A stretch of 53,187 nt of DNA from a virus, in the IMG/VR virus record IMGVR_UViG_3300045988_092074, positions 1-53,187 of that record; one strand, given 5' to 3'. The notes under the pieces are model-generated. The model ran no database searches. It was not told the origin of the DNA and saw only the letters and a list, made by a program, of their open reading frames with translations. The translations under genes and the position numbers were made by a program. Below are positions 14,459 through 24,032 of this stretch, one piece after another. The first letter of the stretch is position 1. Each line of letters starts with the position of its first letter.

Positions 14459-14988
14459 AACGATACCAAATTAGCAATTAAGTTCAACATATATTCTTTG
14501 TCTTTACATCTTCCGAGCTTCATCTTATCTTTTAAGGCGAGAGCTACTAGCTGAACATTTATAAGATGATGTTTTGCATGAGACTCTTCGATTATATCGA
14601 TTATATCCAATAATACCCCTTTGGATATAATCTCATCGTAGCTTTCAGTCTTGTCAATGATAGCATTTATCTTGACTCCACCGATTACAAATGAGTAACA
14701 CGTGCTTTCTTCATAGTTTTCATTCCCAAGGTCAGACAGGAATTGAAGTTCTTTTAACTTTGCTTTCTGCTCTTCTTTCAAATGAAATACCTTTATATCT
14801 ATATCCTGTGGATTAGACGGAACTCCGAGCATATCCAGAGCAGTTGTACCTGTTACCATATACTCAATTTTATTTACTCTGCAAAAGTCATCGAGTTTGA
14901 ATAAAGCTTCTTTTATCTTCATCATATTATCTATATTTTTTAATAATAAAATGTCACTAAGTTTAATTACATTTTCTTTTATATCCAT
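14455..14988 (-). CDS. Putative nucleotidyltransferase-fold protein, 177 aa
   Basis: VTGTTALDMLGV...x...DIDIKV resembles the hG[GS]...DxD minimal NTase signature. Confidence 0.4.
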   Translation of the reverse strand: MDIKENVIKLSDILLLKNIDNMMKIKEALFKLDDFCRVNKIEYMVTGTTALDMLGVPSNPQDIDIKVFHLKEEQKAKLKELQFLSDLGNENYEESTCYSFVIGGVKINAIIDKTESYDEIISKGVLLDIIDIIEESHAKHHLINVQLVALALKDKMKLGRCKDKEYMLNLIANLVSL

Positions 14989-14996
14989 ATGTATTA

Positions 14997-15818
14997 TTAC
15001 ATTAAATCGTCCTCGAATAAGCTTGGTTGCTCAGTGACTTTAGGAGCAACTTTTATATCTCCTGGCTTGCGCTCTAACACCCAAAGAGTATTGCGCGAAG
15101 CATCCGGAAACATAGGAGCCATTATATTGGAAACGAGATTTGAGTCATAGTAATCTTTAAGAGCATCAAACATTTTTTGTTGCCAATCATTCATCAATGG
15201 CTTATAGTCTTTAGCCGAAGCAAATGTGCCGAACTTATTTACTATATCAAAATGTTTCAACAATATGCCTTCAAGCTCCCAATGGTCAAACTCTTGTACG
15301 TCAACCCCACGCCCATCACCAGAATCATAAGTATGATTACCAGCCGCTCCTACAGATGGATCGTAGTTCGGAGTTGAAAGATAATAAGTGGCGTCGTTAT
15401 TACCACAAGCCTTAAAGTTTTCCAAAAAAGCATCTGCATTCTGTTTGCCAACGTGCTCGATCACTTCAAAGGCACATACTTTATCAGCATTAAACTTGCT
15501 GAAATCCATGCAGTTTTTAACAAGATCAGCGACATAGAAATGAGCCCAAGGTATATCAGCATATTTTTCTGCTGCTCCTTGAATTGTTTTCTCACGAATA
15601 TCAATACCGATATATTCTTTCTGCTTAAACTTGTTTCGGTATAATACTTCAAGCAAGTTAGCAGCCCCACAGCCAAAATCAACAATAGATTCGCCAATCT
15701 TAGCCTCTTTCAGAATGTGAGTCCATCGCAGATAATGCGCAAATTGGTCTCTGTGGAATACGTGGCGCTCAAAAGCCTGATCAGGCCTGAGGTCTGTTGT
15801 GTTATATACTTTTGCCAT
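14997..15818 (-). CDS. Class I SAM-dependent methyltransferase, 273 aa (substrate unknown)
   Basis: Motif I VDFGCGAANLL, post-I GIDI, and FEVIEHV. No DPPY/NPPY-type DNA-MTase motif seen. Confidence 0.7.
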   Translation of the reverse strand: MAKVYNTTDLRPDQAFERHVFHRDQFAHYLRWTHILKEAKIGESIVDFGCGAANLLEVLYRNKFKQKEYIGIDIREKTIQGAAEKYADIPWAHFYVADLVKNCMDFSKFNADKVCAFEVIEHVGKQNADAFLENFKACGNNDATYYLSTPNYDPSVGAAGNHTYDSGDGRGVDVQEFDHWELEGILLKHFDIVNKFGTFASAKDYKPLMNDWQQKMFDALKDYYDSNLVSNIMAPMFPDASRNTLWVLERKPGDIKVAPKVTEQPSLFEDDLM

Positions 15819-15835
15819 ATTACTTAATGATTATT

Positions 15836-16129
15836 TTACATTTCATTTTCTTCCAGTTCACACTCTTCCAAATAGTCATTCATAGAGCCCATATAAGCTA
15901 CAGCATCGAGAAGATTATCTTCTTTGTGTGCGTAAGCTTCACGTGATAATTTAAGAGCTATCATAGCTCTATACATGCCAGCAGTTGTTATCGTCTGGCC
16001 TTCGGGTGTTATTAAGTTATAAATAGCGGCGGCTTTCGCCATTGACGCCATAAAAGGCCCGTACTGACGCTCTTTTTCCTCTGAGCGCTTATTCACAATC
16101 TGATTTGCTTTTTCTAAAATATTACTCAT
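15836..16129 (-). CDS. Hypothetical protein, 97 aa (DUF6378-like helical domain?)
   Basis: The ERQYGPF...MIALKLSREAY..EDNLLDAVAY pattern recurs in phage nucleotide-metabolism neighbourhoods. Confidence 0.4.
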   Translation of the reverse strand: MSNILEKANQIVNKRSEEKERQYGPFMASMAKAAAIYNLITPEGQTITTAGMYRAMIALKLSREAYAHKEDNLLDAVAYMGSMNDYLEECELEENEM

Positions 16130-16157
16130 GATTTAAAACTGTTTATTATTTCATCCA

Positions 16158-16397
16158 TTACAACATTGATTTTAGTTCCGCTTTTAGCTTATTAGCATCA
16201 GCACCTCTAAATGTCTGCGCATTCGCCAAAAAATATCTGACAATATCTCCTGCAGTATCATACATATACGTGTCATTTGGGTCTGAAGTATCAAGTGTTA
16301 GCATTGCCTCCAAATAAGGTACAGCACCAAAATATACATTAAGCCATACTGACTTTATGTCTCTGGCTATTTGCTGAAATGTTCGTTTCTTGTCCAT
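16158..16397 (-). CDS. Hypothetical protein, 79 aa
   Basis: ORF directly downstream of early-type promoter P5. Confidence 0.55.
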   Translation of the reverse strand: MDKKRTFQQIARDIKSVWLNVYFGAVPYLEAMLTLDTSDPNDTYMYDTAGDIVRYFLANAQTFRGADANKLKAELKSML

Positions 16398-16404
16398 CTT
16401 ATTA

Positions 16405-16458
16405 TCTTTATTTTGATGTGTAAATATATCAATTTTCTCCGAGAATAGAAAATTTTTT
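16405..16458 (-). promoter_or_regulatory. Early-type promoter P5 (minus strand, -7 box = complement of 16421-16428)
   Basis: The minus strand reads ttttctattctcggagaaaattga-tatatttacacatcaaaataaagataataagATG. Confidence 0.6.
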
Positions 16459-16503
16459 CATCATAAAATGCATCTACTTAACACTTCTTAACTTAGCAAT
16501 GCT

Positions 16504-16878
16504 TTATTGCTTTTCCGGGTATTCTATCTGCAGCAATTCTTTGCATAAAGTTATTACAACGTTATACTTATTGCTTAGTGCATTTATTATAATGCCTCTT
16601 TGCAATATAGTAAGCTTATTTTTTGCTACGAATAGATTGGTTTCTTTTATATAAGTGTCACTTCTGTAATACTTTCTATCTTTTAGCTGAATAGCCATTT
16701 CTGCATAATGAATACATTTCTCTATATCCTGTGCTCCGTTTTTAGCTTTATATCTGCTAATATACTTTATAATGCATCCTTGTATAAAGGAGCATCCTAA
16801 AGTGTTTATAAGTTCTATTGGCTGCATAATCATATCTTTATAATGGTTACCGCCTATTTGTATGTCTGTTGCTTTCAT
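16504..16878 (-). CDS. DUF3310-like phage protein, 124 aa
   Basis: The GGNHYKD..QPIELI...CIIKYISRYKAKNGAQDIEKCIHY pattern is typical of DUF3310. Confidence 0.55.
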   Translation of the reverse strand: MKATDIQIGGNHYKDMIMQPIELINTLGCSFIQGCIIKYISRYKAKNGAQDIEKCIHYAEMAIQLKDRKYYRSDTYIKETNLFVAKNKLTILQRGIIINALSNKYNVVITLCKELLQIEYPEKQ

Positions 16879-17057
16879 ATTTCTACTTTTGTATAATTAT
16901 TAAAATCACAATATGTATATTTAGGAGTTTTAGCATCGTTTGCATATCTACAAGTAGTTGTCCATGCATTTTTTATGACTACTTCGTATATTACCCCACG
17001 ATAACAGAAAATATCTCCAACCTTTAACCTTGATAATTTAATACAATTTACGCTCAT
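16875..17057 (-). CDS. Hypothetical protein, 60 aa
   Basis: ORF coupled to its neighbours. Confidence 0.4.
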   Translation of the reverse strand: MSVNCIKLSRLKVGDIFCYRGVIYEVVIKNAWTTTCRYANDAKTPKYTYCDFNNYTKVEI

Positions 17058-17355
17058 GATTATCAGCTATAAATCCATTTGCTACTCTCAATTCATCCAT
17101 AAACATCACAGAGTTATAATGTTTAGGAAACGGTTTTACTATCTCATACATTGTATCTTTATGCATCACAAAACCGTCGTTTACAGCTTTTACATACTCT
17201 AGTTTTATAAACTTGTAAAGATACGCAGTTTCTGAATTTCTGCCTGGCTCTTTGCCAAGTAAAATTTCTTTTGAACTTATTTTTTTACCAACATTGTTGT
17301 TGATAAAATTTACCATTTCAGTAAATACTGAAGGCTTTTTGCCATTACGTCCCAT
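17038..17355 (-). CDS. Hypothetical protein, 105 aa
   Basis: ORF downstream of the SNF2 gene. Confidence 0.5.
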   Translation of the reverse strand: MGRNGKKPSVFTEMVNFINNNVGKKISSKEILLGKEPGRNSETAYLYKFIKLEYVKAVNDGFVMHKDTMYEIVKPFPKHYNSVMFMDELRVANGFIADNHERKLY

Positions 17356-17358
17356 AGT

Positions 17359-18801
17359 TTACATAAATTTTTTATATTTATCGATTTTTGCTTTTATGCT
17401 ATCCATTAAAGAGCTTTGCTTTTTATCTTTCAATTTAAGTGCTGTGATTACATCTTCGTCATGAGTGCCTTGCAGTATCAGATGATTTATGACAACGTGG
17501 TTCTGTTGGCCTTGGCGGTATAAACGCCCGTTAAATTGTTGATACAACTCAAGACTCCATGTTTGCCCAAACCAAACTATTACGCTGCCTCCTGCTTGAA
17601 GATTAAGACCATGCCCAGCTGATGCTGGGTGCGCCAACATAACTTGTATTTTGCCAGCATTCCAGTCTTCAATGTCTTTATTGTTTTTAAGTTCTCTTGG
17701 CTTGTATTGTTTAAGATATTCCATGATTCTATCCCTATCAAATTGATAAGTCCAGGCCACTAGTACAGACTGGCCATTCGCATCTTCAATTATCTCTTTA
17801 AGAGCATCGAGCTTAATATCATGGATTGGAAACACGTTTCTTTTCTCATCATATATGGCCCCATTTGCGAATTGAAGTAATTTATTTGAAAGAGCTGCAG
17901 CATTAATAGCATTTACTTCTACTGGTTTTTCTATAAATGCTGAATCCCCGTTTTCATCTTTTTGCTCAATTGTTTCAGTAGCATTTATTAAGTCAAGTAC
18001 TTTGTTCTTTTCAAAATCATCATATTGCTTTTTTATAGCTTCTGGCATCCTGAGCTTTATATAGTTATCTGTCCTGAGTGGCATTTCAAGATAATCATCT
18101 GCTCTCATGCTTATGCAAATGTCCTCTATTTTTTTATGTATTATATATTCTGAGTCATTCATCAGATCATAAGAATATACGATATGACCATTTGATTTGC
18201 CTGGCCGAAAATATCTTTCTCTATATCTGGATATTGTCTTTTCAAGGCGCTCACCTCTATCCATAAGATATATTTGAGGCCATAGGTCAATAAGCCCATT
18301 TGGGGCTGGTGTGCCAGTCAATCCAACTAAGCGCTTGAGATACGGCCTAGCTCCACGTAACGCCTTAAAGCGCTCTGACTTATATGACTTAAAACTACTA
18401 AGCTCGTCAACTACTACCATATCAAAAGGTAATTTGCCCCCGCCATACAAAGCGCAAAGCCACGCTACATTATCTCTTGATATAACATAGATATCAGCTT
18501 TTGTTTCCATGACAGCTGCTATTCGCTGCTTAGCAGTACCTATAATCTTAGAAAAGCGCAAATGCTTTAAGTGATCCCATTTCTCTGCTTCTTCTTGCCA
18601 GACTGACTCAGCTACTCTCTTTGGCGCTATGACTAGCACTGAGCTAATATCAAGATAGTCAAACATCAAATAGTTTATAGCTGTTAGGGTTGATACTGTC
18701 TTACCTAAGCCAAGATCGAGAAATACTCCACAAAATGGGTGCGTTATTATGTGCTCAATACAAGCTAATTGGTATTTATGTAAATTATTCTCTGTTAGCA
18801 T
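17359..18801 (-). CDS. SNF2/Rad54-family helicase
   Basis: Motif I DLGLGKT, motif II VVDELSSFK, LTGTP, and the C-terminal helicase block AGHGLNLQ...GRLYRQGQ. Confidence 0.85.
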   Translation of the reverse strand: MLTENNLHKYQLACIEHIITHPFCGVFLDLGLGKTVSTLTAINYLMFDYLDISSVLVIAPKRVAESVWQEEAEKWDHLKHLRFSKIIGTAKQRIAAVMETKADIYVISRDNVAWLCALYGGGKLPFDMVVVDELSSFKSYKSERFKALRGARPYLKRLVGLTGTPAPNGLIDLWPQIYLMDRGERLEKTISRYRERYFRPGKSNGHIVYSYDLMNDSEYIIHKKIEDICISMRADDYLEMPLRTDNYIKLRMPEAIKKQYDDFEKNKVLDLINATETIEQKDENGDSAFIEKPVEVNAINAAALSNKLLQFANGAIYDEKRNVFPIHDIKLDALKEIIEDANGQSVLVAWTYQFDRDRIMEYLKQYKPRELKNNKDIEDWNAGKIQVMLAHPASAGHGLNLQAGGSVIVWFGQTWSLELYQQFNGRLYRQGQQNHVVINHLILQGTHDEDVITALKLKDKKQSSLMDSIKAKIDKYKKFM

Positions 18802-18979
18802 TTTGTTCTTTTAGCAAGTACTTAATTTCTATTATATTTTTAGCTATACATTTAAGTAAAGCTTCACTGCTATTAGTAAATTTTAAAAGGCTTAACTCTG
18901 CATCTAAAAGTGTTTGGTTAAGCGCATTATTAACTTTTTGTGTATCTTTAATAAGTTTATCAGCTTCTTCTTCCATCAA
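18785..18979 (-). CDS. Hypothetical protein, 64 aa
   Basis: Fills the 158-nt gap between the VRR-NUC and SNF2 genes, with short overlaps at both ends. Confidence 0.45.
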   Translation of the reverse strand: MMEEEADKLIKDTQKVNNALNQTLLDAELSLLKFTNSSEALLKCIAKNIIEIKYLLKEQNANRE

Positions 18980-19268
18980 GTATGTTATTTATAAACTGTT
19001 CAACACCTTTTATTGTATCTATCACTTCGACTCTAAAGCCTAATGCTTGAAGCTTATTATACATATACATTTGTATACGTTTGGGCTTTTGTCCTGTCGT
19101 TTTTAATTCCACAAAAACTATTTTATGGCCTGGGAATAAGCACATCCTATCTGGTAAGCCTATAAGCTGGTCGCATAACAATTTTATGCACATACCACCA
19201 CTCATTTTGACAAGCTCAACCAATTTACGCTCTACAACTTTTTCGCTATCTACCGTCTTTTTATTCAT
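18960..19268 (-). CDS. VRR-NUC domain nuclease
   Basis: 102 aa. GLPDRMCLFPGHKIVFVELKTTGQKP is a PD-(D/E)XK motif typical of VRR-NUC. Confidence 0.7.
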   Translation of the reverse strand: MNKKTVDSEKVVERKLVELVKMSGGMCIKLLCDQLIGLPDRMCLFPGHKIVFVELKTTGQKPKRIQMYMYNKLQALGFRVEVIDTIKGVEQFINNILDGRRS

Positions 19269-19453
19269 AATCTGGCCATATAAATGTTATACTCACACTT
19301 ATCTAAATTAAATTCTAATCTGTCAACACAAAACATTTGGCCATTGTGTATAACAATTGTTTTGACAGACGGAATATGCTCTATGTTTTTTGTAACAAGG
19401 AGCACGGAATTACGGTAATTTCCATATTGCATTTTATAAAAATTCGCTATCAT
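19265..19453 (-). CDS. Hypothetical protein, 62 aa
   Basis: ORF coupled at both ends. Confidence 0.45.
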   Translation of the reverse strand: MIANFYKMQYGNYRNSVLLVTKNIEHIPSVKTIVIHNGQMFCVDRLEFNLDKCEYNIYMARL

Positions 19454-21852
19454 AATAAACTATCTTTACGCTTATAGTATTTTTGTTTGCCATATAGTGA
19501 AAAATTCTTAGTAGATGCTATAGCTTCCCATTCAGGCATTGACCTAATAATTTCATTAATCTCTCTTGTGTTATACCTAGACATATCATTCTTTTCTTTG
19601 CTAAGGCACTCACACCATATTTCAGCGATGCATACAAAGTCTTTTTGTACTGTGCCATTCTTAGACAATGGGTCTTCAAGCCAACGTCTTCTGTCGTACA
19701 AGTCCATTTTATCCCAGTCATCTGGAAATTTAGTATTAAGATACTCCTCGATAATACCTCTACGCTCATCTGTCTCTGAATGTTTGTGCTGCTCAATCTT
19801 AGCGATTATGTCTTCGTCACCAACAAGGTATAAAGGCTCTTTTGCTAAATATAGCTGATATGCCTCAGCCCATATTTGGTCTACTTCATCTTGAGTAAGA
19901 TCATCTATAACAGATTTTGTAACGTATTCTGGCCTTACATCTATAGGCATAAAGCGCCGGTTTCCTGTCGGGTCGCGTAAAAAGTCTTTATTGTTAGTAG
20001 TACCAAAAAACACGCATTGCCTTTTGTATGTTTCCACTGTTCTACCATACGCTGGCCTGAACATATCTTCTCTTTTTGATATGTAATGCTTAATCGATTC
20101 TACTTCTGCTTTCTTAAGACCTGAAAGCTCTGCCATTTCAATTAGCCACGCTCCTTGTATCTGCTCAAATGATTCCTTGCCCTGTACAGTCGTGAATGTA
20201 TCTGAGAACCATTCCATGCCGAGCTTTTTAACGAAAGTACTTTTATACGTTCCTTGTTCTCCGACCAATATGAGTGATGTGTCGAATTTAACTCCGGGCT
20301 CAAAAACTCTGGCGACTGCAGCACAGAGCATTTTTCTAATGGCAGCTCTAGTATAGGCATTATCTTCAGCCCCAAAATAATCGATTAACAGTGTATTGAC
20401 TCTAGGTATACTATCCCATTCTTGTTCCAGCAAGTACTTTCTTATAGGATGAAACTTCTTCTTTTCAAACTCAAGCGCAAGTGCGTCATCAACCTTTTGG
20501 CTTGATACAATACCATAAACACACTCAATATAATTACGCACACCGGAATAATCAACATCACGAAAAGGATCAATAGCGTCAATTTTACGCCAAGGTAACG
20601 AACGTGTAACATATCTTTTATTATCAAAAATATTTAACTTAAATACATCTTTTAAAAACTGATCATGTTGAATTATTATGTTCAGGTTGTTTGCTGAATT
20701 GTCATATTCGCCTTTTGTATTAGCATCAAGCTCTTCTGTCCATGAAGTATCATAGTCTTCAGGAGCTTCTGCTTTTGCTTCTTCTGTGAACTCGAATTTA
20801 GCTTCAGCAAACTTTTCTTCAGCGATATGCTTTTTTGTTGTAGAGTCTTTAGAGGCAAATTCTTCCATTGCCTTAAAGCTCTTTTTATCTTTGTCTTCTT
20901 TTTCTTTGCCTGTATCTAAATGGCCAAATTTATGTATGCGGACTAAGTCAAATGCATTACATAATCTGCCTCCTGCTGGGTCTGTTCCATGATGGGAATA
21001 TGCAAATTTATCATCATAGACTATTAAGCCCGCAGCCGTAGAGCCATTTATATATGTATATCGCCCTTCTCCAGCTGGTGTATATACATCTGAAAGAAAA
21101 GTCTCAATAGCTTCTTGTATAGTATAAGTACGGCAGAAAACACCAATTATGCCTTTTTTATCTTCTGGGTCTTCTTGCTTTTTAATAGCTTGCATTATTA
21201 CATCTGTGCTATCTGTAGCAGTTGGCCATTCGTTTGTGTCATGCCAATCATTATATAGCCCAAGGATATAATCAGCTTCAAGAAAAGGCCCGTCTTGAAA
21301 CTCAAAGTAGTATTCCATATCTGATGATACAGACGGCCAGAACATAAGTCTATTTACATCAAAAGTTGACTGGTCAAACAAATCAATGTTTAAGTCTCCT
21401 GCGACTTTTCTAGCAATAGCTTGATATTCTTCTTGCGATACTTCTCTATCGAGCGGAATTATCAATCTGTGCCGTGGCTTTTCAGGACACGACTTGTGAG
21501 TTGAATGTATAGCCGCAGCACACCCGAATAGCATTGTAAAATCCCACCAAAAATTTTCATGAGAAAAGTCAATATCCAATGTAATTAACTGGCGGTAAAG
21601 CACATTTGTTTTATCGCGCCTACCATTTGTAAGAAAGCCACCTACAAATCCTCCTACATCTTTTATCTTACTTTGCTCTTCTTTTGTAGCATTTATAAAC
21701 CGCTTGTATGTTTCAGTGGTTACTACAGGAGTAGCTAATTTTTGGACTAATCCGCTCCAAGTAATTTTGGTATTTTTCCATACTTTACTTGAGACATTTA
21801 GCCCTATAGCTATGCTCAAATTCTCATCATATTTCAATTTATCTACTTGCAT
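19450..21852 (-). CDS. Primase-polymerase / VirE-D5-type helicase fusion
   Basis: 800 aa. N-terminal prim-pol-like DxD (LITLDIDF). C-terminal P-loop VGEQGTYKSTF and FFGTTN...RRF, typical of VirE/D5 replicative NTPases. Confidence 0.75.
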   Translation of the reverse strand: MQVDKLKYDENLSIAIGLNVSSKVWKNTKITWSGLVQKLATPVVTTETYKRFINATKEEQSKIKDVGGFVGGFLTNGRRDKTNVLYRQLITLDIDFSHENFWWDFTMLFGCAAAIHSTHKSCPEKPRHRLIIPLDREVSQEEYQAIARKVAGDLNIDLFDQSTFDVNRLMFWPSVSSDMEYYFEFQDGPFLEADYILGLYNDWHDTNEWPTATDSTDVIMQAIKKQEDPEDKKGIIGVFCRTYTIQEAIETFLSDVYTPAGEGRYTYINGSTAAGLIVYDDKFAYSHHGTDPAGGRLCNAFDLVRIHKFGHLDTGKEKEDKDKKSFKAMEEFASKDSTTKKHIAEEKFAEAKFEFTEEAKAEAPEDYDTSWTEELDANTKGEYDNSANNLNIIIQHDQFLKDVFKLNIFDNKRYVTRSLPWRKIDAIDPFRDVDYSGVRNYIECVYGIVSSQKVDDALALEFEKKKFHPIRKYLLEQEWDSIPRVNTLLIDYFGAEDNAYTRAAIRKMLCAAVARVFEPGVKFDTSLILVGEQGTYKSTFVKKLGMEWFSDTFTTVQGKESFEQIQGAWLIEMAELSGLKKAEVESIKHYISKREDMFRPAYGRTVETYKRQCVFFGTTNNKDFLRDPTGNRRFMPIDVRPEYVTKSVIDDLTQDEVDQIWAEAYQLYLAKEPLYLVGDEDIIAKIEQHKHSETDERRGIIEEYLNTKFPDDWDKMDLYDRRRWLEDPLSKNGTVQKDFVCIAEIWCECLSKEKNDMSRYNTREINEIIRSMPEWEAIASTKNFSLYGKQKYYKRKDSLL

Positions 21853-21892
21853 AATACGCGTAAATAATATATAAGCACACCATAATCATATT

Positions 21893-23869
21893 TTAGTCTT
21901 TTAAGTAGAATGGTGTTATATACCCATCTGCTTTTAGTGGAAAATCTGAAGCCCAATGAGGCACTTTTTCCATGGCTTTAATCATATTGTTATAATGCTC
22001 TTTAGCATTTTCAAGAGGTATTTCTGCTATAGCTTCATCATGCACGTGCATAGCTATTTCAAAATCTTCTTCTTGCATATTAAGCATGGAATTTCCAAGT
22101 AAATCACGAGCAATAGCTTGAACTATATTCTCTGTAAGTTTACCACCATACGTATCAATCTCACCCCATTGCTTGGTTTCTTGCACAACTCCTTGATAGC
22201 ATAATACTCTTGTTGGCATTGTAGAACGGCCTATTTTCTTATCTTTGAATTTAGGCCCATAATAGAATAGTTGTCTACCGGAAGGTAGTTTGATTGTCAT
22301 GAATTTTCCATCACAATCGAATACTATATTTCTACATGTGCATGATACTGGCCTTTGGTATCTAACAGCTTCTTTTGAGGCTTCATCTATCTCTTTCCAC
22401 ATATCTACAATAGCAGGATTAGCCATACGCCATTTGCGCACCAGGCTCATCATTTCTGTATCAGATAACCCCATGCGTTCTCCACCCATTCGCTTAAGAG
22501 CTCCTAATGAACCTTCATACCCGAGTGCTAGCTCTGAAATTTTAGACTTATCACGCAGTACTGAACCTTTAGTAATCGCGGATATTGGCACATTAAACAT
22601 CTTAGAGCCGGTGGCTTCATAAATTTTGCCATCGCCTTTAAACACGTCCATACGCCACTTTTCATTAGCAAGCCAAGAAATTACGCGCGCCTCAATAGCT
22701 GAAAAGTCAGCAACTGCAAATGTTTTATGCTCAGGAGCTATTAAAGCTGTTCTTACTAGCTGGGATAAAATATCAGACACATCATCGTATAGCATTTCTA
22801 CAGATTCCCAATCGCGAGCTCTAACTAGTTCACGTGGTATTTCTATGTGTGATATGTGGTTCTTTGACAGATTCTGCAATTGCAATAGTCTACCGGCCCA
22901 TCGCCCAGTTCTATTTGCACCATAAAATTGAAATAAGCCTCTACACCTATTATCTTTCATGGCGCAGTTGAGCATTGCATAATACTTTTTGATGGAAGTC
23001 TTTGACAGCTTTTTGCGTATATTAAGCAACTCTATTACATCTGGGTAGTCAGCAAACTCTTTAAATAAATCTGGCATTGTTTCCTTAGAAAGAGATAATA
23101 CTACACTGCCCGTTTTCTTCTCGACCCATTGTCTTATCTGAGTTGGTGAATTTGGATTTTCAAGTCCTGTTAGCTGCTGAGCATGTTGAGTTAACATAGA
23201 AGTATATGTATTATCTACGTCAATAGCAGACTTTGCTAATTCCATATCTACAAGAATGCCCCTGTCATTTATATTCTGATCAAGAACATACATTTTATGT
23301 TCTATTTCAGGAATGATATATGCCTTTAAACTATTAAATATCTCACGCTCTGCAAGTACATCATACTTGTTATATTCCTTATACATTTCCCACTTTTCAG
23401 GAGCATGTTCAGGATAATTTCGAGTGCGCATACCATTAACTCGAGTTGCTTTGCATGGGCATGAGAAGTATTTAATAAGTGCTTTACCAGTATCTAGTTT
23501 TTTATCAGTAAGATTAAGAGCTTTTGATACTCCGTCCAAAGAAAGTGGTAAACCACAATATGCAGCTTTTACAGAAGTACAATACCACTGCTCTGCTGGA
23601 ACATCATATCCTACGCGCTTAAAACACAAGCGCTCAAATACAGCGTTGTGCGCCACCTTTATGCAATCCGGGTCAAGCAAAGCTTCTTCAAGCTCTTCAG
23701 GCATTTCTTCGCCTTGAGCTAAGTCTACTATTTTTACCGGACTATCATCTAAAGCATACCCTATTATAAGAATTTCAAAATCTGGCGACTCTATATACTT
23801 ATAAGCTCCAGACTCTTTAATATCTACAGATGAATATGTTTCAACGTCTATAAAAAGATTTTCTGCCAT
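21893..23869 (-). CDS. Family A DNA polymerase with 3'-5' exonuclease domain
   Basis: ExoI FIDVETYS. Pol motif A VADFSAIEARV, motif B RDKSKISELALGYEGS, motif C HVHDEAI. Confidence 0.85.
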   Translation of the reverse strand: MAENLFIDVETYSSVDIKESGAYKYIESPDFEILIIGYALDDSPVKIVDLAQGEEMPEELEEALLDPDCIKVAHNAVFERLCFKRVGYDVPAEQWYCTSVKAAYCGLPLSLDGVSKALNLTDKKLDTGKALIKYFSCPCKATRVNGMRTRNYPEHAPEKWEMYKEYNKYDVLAEREIFNSLKAYIIPEIEHKMYVLDQNINDRGILVDMELAKSAIDVDNTYTSMLTQHAQQLTGLENPNSPTQIRQWVEKKTGSVVLSLSKETMPDLFKEFADYPDVIELLNIRKKLSKTSIKKYYAMLNCAMKDNRCRGLFQFYGANRTGRWAGRLLQLQNLSKNHISHIEIPRELVRARDWESVEMLYDDVSDILSQLVRTALIAPEHKTFAVADFSAIEARVISWLANEKWRMDVFKGDGKIYEATGSKMFNVPISAITKGSVLRDKSKISELALGYEGSLGALKRMGGERMGLSDTEMMSLVRKWRMANPAIVDMWKEIDEASKEAVRYQRPVSCTCRNIVFDCDGKFMTIKLPSGRQLFYYGPKFKDKKIGRSTMPTRVLCYQGVVQETKQWGEIDTYGGKLTENIVQAIARDLLGNSMLNMQEEDFEIAMHVHDEAIAEIPLENAKEHYNNMIKAMEKVPHWASDFPLKADGYITPFYLKD

Positions 23870-23896
23870 TATTGTTTTATTTATTATTTATAATAG

Positions 23897-23971
23897 TGGG
23901 ATAGACGGGAGTCGAACCCGCAAGTGAACGCCTATACCTCGCCCTGTTTTACCAGTTAAACTTACTATCCC
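23897..23971 (-). tRNA. tRNA-like gene with canonical acceptor, D and T arms but aberrant anticodon arm (isotype undetermined)
   Basis: The minus strand reads GGGATAG-TA-AGTT-TAACTGGTAA-AACA-GGGCGAGGTATAGGCGTTC-ACTT-GCGGG-TTCGACT-CCCGT-CTATCCC-A. The anticodon region folds only as GGGCG/CGTTC (2 G:U pairs) with a 9-nt loop AGGTATAGG, or as a mismatched stem with loop GGTATAG lacking U33. Confidence 0.6.
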
Positions 23972-24032
23972 ATAAAAGAGGCCCAGGCTAATTAGTCCGG
24001 GCCTATCCCGGCGTAAACAAATGCCTCCGATA

